Under the pieces are notes generated by a model, which was not told where the DNA came from, made no database searches, and worked only from the letters and a program-made list of their open reading frames with translations. The position numbers were made by a program, and so were the translations under genes. A stretch of 32,000 nt of DNA from Crocosphaera subtropica ATCC 51142 (GTDB lineage: Bacteria; Cyanobacteriota; Cyanobacteriia; Cyanobacteriales; Microcystaceae). The first letter of the stretch is position 1; every line of letters starts with the position of its first letter. The stretch lies in assembly GCF_000017845.1 (NCBI RefSeq), contig NC_010546.1:2640001-2672000 (forward strand), read 5' to 3'. This document shows, one piece after another, positions 25,898 through 32,000 of this stretch.

Positions 25898-28894
25898 TTA
25901 GTTTTCATGGGATTTTGTGGCTTCACTGATGAGTAAAGGTAAAATGGCACTACTAGCAATGACTCCACTATCCCCTAGATTAAGGGGAGTAATATGTAAA
26001 AGATTTCTCAGGCCAGGAATAGCCAAAGAAACCCACTGTAAGCCTAAAGAACCGCCCAAAGCTGCTGTTAAATAGGGATTATGGGGCAGTGGATGGGCAT
26101 ATAAGGGTTTGGGAGAACGACAACTTAAAGCATGGAGTAACTGTCCACTCACCAAACTCATAAAAGCAACGGTACTAGCATGGGGACTGATACCATAACG
26201 CCAAATGCCATAACCATAGGCACTCAACGCACTAGCCGAGAGGGTAGACGATTCTACAAGAATCCGTTGAAAATCAGAAGATTTAATAATCGGTTCATCG
26301 GGAGAACGAGGGGGAAGGGTTAAAACGTCCGGTTCAGGGGCTTCTAGGGCTAAAGCCAACCCAGGGAAGATATCCGTCACTAAATTTAGCCAGAGTAACT
26401 GCATAGCGTTAAGCGGTTGACCGAATCCTCCTACATTAGCCAACAACATAACCATAATTTCACTGAGGTTGGTGGAGAGAAGGAAATGAACCGATTTACG
26501 AATATTGTTGTAGATGGTACGGCCTTGACTCACAGCAACGATCATGGTTTCTAGGTCATCGTCTTCTAAAACAACGTCAGCTACTTCCCTGGCTACATCG
26601 GTTCCTGTATGACCCATCGCAATGCCCACTTCAGCAGCTTTGAGGGCTGGCGTATCATTAATGCCATCCCCGGTCATGGCCACCACTAACCCTCTCTGTT
26701 GCAACGCTTGAACAATTTGTAATTTATGGGCCGGACTAATACGGGCAAAAACATGAACCTCTTGGCACAAACTGCGGAGAACTTCTGGGCTTACATCGCT
26801 TAATTCCCTAGAATCAAGAATTTTTAGGGGTTTTTCTTGACTTAGATGCAACGCCTGGGCAATGGCATAAGCTGTTGGACTTTGATCTCCGGTAATCATC
26901 AGGGTAGTGATGCCCGCTTGGTGAAAATTATTAATGGTTTCTTTAACCCCAGGTCGAATGGGATCGGCCATACCAATTAATCCTACCCAAATGAGATGGG
27001 AAAGGGTCAGAGAATGAGGATCACTGGTTTCTGCTTGTCCGTATGCTACCCCTAACACCCGTAATCCTTGACGGGCCATGGTTTCGTTTTGATCGGTAAT
27101 TGCCTGTTTTTCTCTCTCGGTTAAGGGGATGAGTTGACTGTTTTCCATCTTGGTCGAACACCGTTCTAGGACTTCTTTCGGGTTCCCTTTGACGGCGATT
27201 AAATAAGTGGATGTCTGGATTTGATGAACCGTTGCCATTAGGTTACGGGCTTCGGAACGATGATGAGTGACGAAGCGAGGATATTTCCCATGAAGTTCTC
27301 TGATATCTACCCCTGCTGCGATCGCCATTTCCATCAGGGCGTTTTCCGTAGACGACCCATCCAGAATGTAGGTTTGATCCGAATGATAACTGATTTGACT
27401 ATCGTTACAGAGGACGCAAAGGTGGATCAGTTTTAATAATTCATCGCACCCATAGGGATTAATCACCTGATTCCCTGACCACAAGCGACCATCCCTTAGA
27501 TCGATCTCCCGACCATCCCAACAGAGTTTTAACACGGACATTCGGTTACTGGTAAGGGTTCCGGTTTTATCGAGACAAATGGCTTGAATCGATCCCAGGG
27601 CTTCAATGGCTTCCAAACGACGAATTAATACTTTTTGTTGACGCATCTTGAGGATGCCTAGGGCTAGGGTTGTGGTGGCAACGGTGGGTAATCCTTCGGG
27701 AACCGCAGCCACCGCTAGGGAAATAGAGGTTTTCACCATTTCTAATAAGCCATATCCCCGTAACAATCCTACGGTAAACACCACCCCACAAACGGCACTA
27801 GAAAGCCATACCAGTTGAGTTCCTGCTTGTTCTAGTTGTCGTTCCATAGGGGTTGCCGGTTGATTGGTTTCTCCCATCAAGGCTTGAATTTTGCCCATTT
27901 CTGTTAAATTTCCCGTGGAAACAACCACCCCTAGTCCTTGTCCCCCGGTGACGAAAGTTCCCCGATAAACCATATTATTTCGTTCTCCTAGGGGAACGGT
28001 GGTTTGATTGGAGATAATTCTTTCTTGGTGTTTCTCGATGGGGAGACTTTCCCCAGTTAAAGCTGACTCATCTAGGGTTAAGCGATGGGCTTCAATTAAT
28101 CTCGCATCTGCCGGAATATAACAACCGGGTTGCAAGGATAAAACGTCCCCTTGAACGATTTCTGTGGTGTCAATTTCGATCAATGTTCCATCTCGAACCA
28201 CCCAAGCGGAGGGGTTAACAAAGTTTTTTAGGGAATTAATGATCTTCTCTGAATGACTTTCGGTGACGTACCCTAAAATGGCGTTAATGGTCACCACTCC
28301 CATAATAACCACGGCATCAGCCATGCCACCGGTTAAGATGGAGAGTAGGGCTGCACTACTTAATAGGGCGACGGGAACGGATTTAAAATAATCGATGAAA
28401 ATGCTTAACCCTGAACGGGGTTCGATTTCACTGAGCGCATTGATTCCGTCTTCTTTTAACTTTTGTTGAACGGCTAAAGAAGAAAGTCCTCTGTCTTTTG
28501 AGGTCTTGAGTTGTGAGATGATGGTTTCTATGTCTTCTAAGTGCCAAGAAGTGGATGAGGTGAGGGAAGCGGTTGGTTTCTGAGGCAAATATTCTCTTGA
28601 CTTTTGGGGATATTGATAATATTCCTGAACATATTGGTTAATAATGACAACAATTTCGCTCACTTTTTTGTGAGGATTGAAATATAACAGAATATTGCTG
28701 GTGGTACTGTTAGCTTTGACAGATAGAATATCTTTATGTATCGATAAATTGAACTCTAAATATTGTTTGAGTTGGTCTGAATAAAGTAATCCGTTAACTT
28801 TGCAGCGACATCTTCCTTTGACAGTTTCGTGGAGAATTTTAACAAAAGATAATGTTTGATGAGGATTCGGGTTGATGAGATGAAGGTTATTCAT
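25898..28894 (-). CDS. P-type cation-transporting ATPase (P2-like) with about 95 aa N-terminal extension
   Basis: TGES, PEGLP, the phosphorylation site CLDKTGTLT, MITGD and GDGINDTPALKAAEVGIAMG are all present in a 998 aa protein. Confidence 0.9.
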   Translation of the reverse strand: MNNLHLINPNPHQTLSFVKILHETVKGRCRCKVNGLLYSDQLKQYLEFNLSIHKDILSVKANSTTSNILLYFNPHKKVSEIVVIINQYVQEYYQYPQKSREYLPQKPTASLTSSTSWHLEDIETIISQLKTSKDRGLSSLAVQQKLKEDGINALSEIEPRSGLSIFIDYFKSVPVALLSSAALLSILTGGMADAVVIMGVVTINAILGYVTESHSEKIINSLKNFVNPSAWVVRDGTLIEIDTTEIVQGDVLSLQPGCYIPADARLIEAHRLTLDESALTGESLPIEKHQERIISNQTTVPLGERNNMVYRGTFVTGGQGLGVVVSTGNLTEMGKIQALMGETNQPATPMERQLEQAGTQLVWLSSAVCGVVFTVGLLRGYGLLEMVKTSISLAVAAVPEGLPTVATTTLALGILKMRQQKVLIRRLEAIEALGSIQAICLDKTGTLTSNRMSVLKLCWDGREIDLRDGRLWSGNQVINPYGCDELLKLIHLCVLCNDSQISYHSDQTYILDGSSTENALMEMAIAAGVDIRELHGKYPRFVTHHRSEARNLMATVHQIQTSTYLIAVKGNPKEVLERCSTKMENSQLIPLTEREKQAITDQNETMARQGLRVLGVAYGQAETSDPHSLTLSHLIWVGLIGMADPIRPGVKETINNFHQAGITTLMITGDQSPTAYAIAQALHLSQEKPLKILDSRELSDVSPEVLRSLCQEVHVFARISPAHKLQIVQALQQRGLVVAMTGDGINDTPALKAAEVGIAMGHTGTDVAREVADVVLEDDDLETMIVAVSQGRTIYNNIRKSVHFLLSTNLSEIMVMLLANVGGFGQPLNAMQLLWLNLVTDIFPGLALALEAPEPDVLTLPPRSPDEPIIKSSDFQRILVESSTLSASALSAYGYGIWRYGISPHASTVAFMSLVSGQLLHALSCRSPKPLYAHPLPHNPYLTAALGGSLGLQWVSLAIPGLRNLLHITPLNLGDSGVIASSAILPLLISEATKSHEN

Positions 28895-29364
28895 AGGTGT
28901 TTAACGGAATTCACGAAGGAAATAAATGGGGTAACTATGAATCAAAGTTAAGGCAAAGTGTAGGAATTTTTTAAGCATAAATTAGAGTAACATCTTTTTT
29001 ATGAGATTATAAATTCCTGTTATAACAACAACTTTATGTGCCATAGCACTCAAATAAAATGAGGAAATTACTAACTCTCAGTTCATCAAGATTCCACCCG
29101 AGAACTTTATTCTAGTCTTGAGTGAAACTGCTTTGTTATCCTGCGATAGACAGAGCTTGACTAGATTAATCCTTGTTACTACCATTGTAAAAGAATTGAA
29201 AAGTAACCGATGCAGTTTAGGAATAAAACTTGATATTTTGCAATAAACAGATAAAAGTTTATTTCTTAAGTTATGTTGCAAAAATCAACAATTTCCCATA
29301 CACTAAAATAAGGATCATTCTAATCCTATACTCATTTTTTTTACTTCTTTCGATTAATTAACGA

Positions 29365-30558
29365 ATGATTTATCCCCAAGCCTTTCTATCTGAAGTCCAA
29401 CAACAAAGAAAAGAGTTTCCTGGACTCACTAATAAAGTTTATTTTAATTTTGGGGGACAAGGAACTTTACCCCGTTCAGGGTTAGAAGCCATTATCGATG
29501 CTCATAACTTGTTGCAACAACAAGGACCATTTTCCTTGAAAGTTAATGATTGGATTAGGCAAAAAACAGAATTATTACGAGAAGAAATTGCTCAAGAATT
29601 AGGGGTGGAACCACCTACTATTACTTTAACAGAAAATGTAACATCTGGCTGTAATATTGCCCTATGGGGACTAGATTGGCAAGAAGGCGATCGCATTTTA
29701 ATGACTGATTGTGAACACCCTGGGGTTATCGCCACCGTTGAAGAAATTAGTAAGCGATTTGGGGTAGAAATTGATATTTGTCCTATCTTAAATACCTTAA
29801 ACGAAGGTGATCCGGTTGAGGTCATTAAAGAACGATTAACCCCACAAACAAAACTGGTGGTTTTAAGTCATTTATTATGGAATACAGGTCAGGTTTTACC
29901 CTTAAAAGAAATTAGTCATCTTTGTCATAATTATGCTGAGAGCGATCGCCCTATTTTAGTGTTAGCTGATGCAGCCCAGTCCGCCGGGTCATTAGCGTTA
30001 AAATTAGGAGAAACTGAAGTTGATTTTTATGCTTTTACCGGTCATAAATGGTTCTGTGGACCGGCTGGAGTGGGGGGACTTTATATCCGTCCAGAAATTT
30101 TTGAATTGATCAATCCTACCTTTATTGGTTGGCGAGGGATTAATATTGACGAAAAAGGTCAGCCCATTGATTTTAAAAAGGATGGTAGAAAATTTGAAAT
30201 TGCTACGTCTGCCTATCCTCAATACGAAGGATTAAGGGCTGCGATCGCAGTTCATAATAGTTGGGCTAATTCTGAAGAACGTTATCAACAAATTTGCCAG
30301 CTAAGTGAATATTTATGGCAAGGTTTATCGGAAATTTCTGCTGTTAACTGTTTAAAACAATCACCCCCAGAAGCGGGATTAGTTTCTTTTAAAGTCGACG
30401 GTAACACTAATCATAAAGAGATGGTACAAAAGTTAGAAAGTCAAGGGTTTTTATTAAGAACCATTCGTGATCCCGATTGTATTCGTGCCTGTGTGCATTA
30501 TTTTACCTTACCCGATGAAATTGAACAGTTAATTAAAGCGATTAACTCGATGATTTAA
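29365..30558 (+). CDS. Class V aminotransferase-fold PLP enzyme (cysteine desulfurase/epimerase-like)
   Basis: It has TENVTSG, DAAQSAG, and the FTGHKWFCGPAGVGGLY block containing the PLP lysine. Confidence 0.8.
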   Translation: MIYPQAFLSEVQQQRKEFPGLTNKVYFNFGGQGTLPRSGLEAIIDAHNLLQQQGPFSLKVNDWIRQKTELLREEIAQELGVEPPTITLTENVTSGCNIALWGLDWQEGDRILMTDCEHPGVIATVEEISKRFGVEIDICPILNTLNEGDPVEVIKERLTPQTKLVVLSHLLWNTGQVLPLKEISHLCHNYAESDRPILVLADAAQSAGSLALKLGETEVDFYAFTGHKWFCGPAGVGGLYIRPEIFELINPTFIGWRGINIDEKGQPIDFKKDGRKFEIATSAYPQYEGLRAAIAVHNSWANSEERYQQICQLSEYLWQGLSEISAVNCLKQSPPEAGLVSFKVDGNTNHKEMVQKLESQGFLLRTIRDPDCIRACVHYFTLPDEIEQLIKAINSMI

Positions 30559-30981
30559 TTAATTAGAGACGGAACAATTATCGGTTTTATCACATCCAAA
30601 GGGATAAGGAGACTGATAGGTTTCCTCCCGTTTCCCAAACCAGTTATATCGGTTATCTCTGACTTGTTCATAGGATTTATCCCCTAACCATTTCATTCCT
30701 GGTAAACTACGATAAGCTGTCACAAAAGCTTGTCCTAACGGTAATAAATTAACAATTTCTTCTGCTGCATCGCTTCCTTGCCAACGATTTGTGTTATTAT
30801 TTCCATCGATTAAAATCATACCCATTTCGCAGTCTTCCGGGGTAATATTAAACTGTTGTAATGTGAGGTTATCTTGCATAGGAATATAGTCAAAAATATT
30901 TCCTTGATCAAACTTCGCTAAAAGTTGGGTAAACGTTGAACAAAGATTACAGTTTCCATCGTAAATAATATGATAAACCAT
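30559..30981 (-). CDS. DCC-family thiol-disulfide oxidoreductase (DUF393)
   Basis: The N-terminal YDGNCNLCS motif is present. Its stop codon directly abuts the stop of the convergent upstream gene. Confidence 0.75.
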   Translation of the reverse strand: MVYHIIYDGNCNLCSTFTQLLAKFDQGNIFDYIPMQDNLTLQQFNITPEDCEMGMILIDGNNNTNRWQGSDAAEEIVNLLPLGQAFVTAYRSLPGMKWLGDKSYEQVRDNRYNWFGKREETYQSPYPFGCDKTDNCSVSN

Positions 30982-31235
30982 GATATTTTTAAATGATTTT
31001 TTTAAATAGATTTCGTCTAGCTTAACATATTTTAAGTAATAGGATATTAGAATTAGAAGAATGAAGAAAATAGAGATAAAATCATATCTGATCTGTTTTT
31101 AGAGGTTAAGGTTATAATTAGTGAACAGCTAGACGTTATTGACCAAATATTGCAGATTATTGTTACAACAGATTACAATAAACACCCAGGACGGTTTTTT
31201 TTGACACAATCAACAGCAACACTATTATCATTGAT

Positions 31236-32000
31236 ATGCCAAACCTGGATATTACAGCAAATCACACTCAAACTAACGATAATAAAACTTCTAATCTCGA
31301 CAATATACTTGCGCCTACTGATAGTTTTATCAATCGCCATATTGGGCCCAATCGCCAAGAAATTGATAAAATGCTCAAGATGCTAGGCTTTTCTACCCTA
31401 GAGCAACTGATAGATGCTACCGTACCCCAAGGCATACGCCTTAGTAAATCGTTAAATTTACCCGAAGCACAAAGTGAATACGGTGCATTAGCCCAATTAA
31501 AGTCTATTGCTTCTAAAAATCAGATATTTCGCTCCTATATCGGCATGGGTTATCATGACTGTATTACCCCCCCAGTCATTCAACGCAACATCTTAGAAAA
31601 CCCAGGTTGGTACACCGCTTATACGCCATATCAAGCGGAAATTGCCCAAGGAAGACTAGAAGCCCTCTTAAACTATCAAACCATGATAGTAGAGTTAACC
31701 GGACTTGAAATTGCTAATGCTTCCTTACTGGATGAAGGAACAGCAGCAGCGGAAGCCATGAGCATGAGTTATGGTTTATGTAAAAACAAAAAGGCTAATG
31801 CTTTCTTTGTCGACTCCCATTGTCACCCCCAAACAATCGAAGTCATTAGAACAAGGGCGTATCCTTTAGGAATTGATTTGATTATTGCTGACCATCGCTT
31901 CTTTGACTTTGATACGGAGATTTTTGGCGCATTATTACAATATCCTGCTACCGATGGCACTCTCTACGACTATCGCACCTTTATCGAAACCGCACACAAT
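31236..32000 (+). CDS. gcvP: Glycine dehydrogenase (aminomethyl-transferring), P protein, N-terminal 255 codons (partial)
   Basis: My own translation from ATG 31236 gives [16 protein letters not shown].....LID.TVP..IR, then [44 protein letters not shown]...[21 protein letters not shown]. The frame is open to the window edge, so it is missing from the ORF track. Confidence 0.9.
   Translation, partial: MPNLDITANHTQTNDNKTSNLDNILAPTDSFINRHIGPNRQEIDKMLKMLGFSTLEQLIDATVPQGIRLSKSLNLPEAQSEYGALAQLKSIASKNQIFRSYIGMGYHDCITPPVIQRNILENPGWYTAYTPYQAEIAQGRLEALLNYQTMIVELTGLEIANASLLDEGTAAAEAMSMSYGLCKNKKANAFFVDSHCHPQTIEVIRTRAYPLGIDLIIADHRFFDFDTEIFGALLQYPATDGTLYDYRTFIETAHN

Noticed and set aside
28895-29100. Mn (yybP-ykoY) or Mg riboswitch in the leader of the P-type ATPase.
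   Set aside because: On the minus strand I find no GGGGAGUAG-type conserved segment, and only trivial 4 bp hairpins.
30982-31235. Possible glycine riboswitch upstream of gcvP.
   Set aside because: The leader is very AT-rich and lacks the conserved GGAGAG...ACCGAAGGGGCAA-type cores. Only a weak 7 bp inverted repeat (TTATTGT/ACAATAA) is present near 31158-31183.

Overview
This is a chromosomal window from an AT-rich cyanobacterium. The evidence is 21 exact copies of the HIP1 octamer GCGATCGC plus a cyanobacterial gene set: C-type flavodiiron protein, CRR6-like factor, DapL, Uma2 and DUF29 proteins. A Cyanothece/Crocosphaera-like unicellular lineage is my guess only. Most of the window is tightly packed housekeeping: infC, flv, folK, NUDIX, SDR, surE, nadC, tilS, dapL, a P-type ATPase and the gcvP 5' end. 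Four regions deserve a closer look. (1) An accessory islet at about 5.7-9.6 kb abuts tRNA-Cys. It carries hicAB, a DUF29 gene and a type II R-M module whose beta-class SPPF methyltransferase is intact, while the Mrr-like nuclease is broken by a frame change and an in-frame TGA. (2) A minus-strand operon at 23.05-24.2 kb encodes three small secreted Q/N/S/T-rich proteins. They share a motif, and one has an internal repeat conserved at every second residue, loosely like a curlin repeat. (3) Next to that operon lies a 2 x 89 bp tandem repeat in the divergent intergenic region shared with dapL. (4) An unusually short RND permease (884 aa) has no adjacent adaptor gene. It is followed by a helical-repeat plus beta-barrel outer-membrane protein in a tight co-directional string with folK, NUDIX and an HdhA-like SDR. 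I found no CRISPR array, rRNA, transposase or integrase. All family assignments come from reading the translations and from motif recall, not from database searches.
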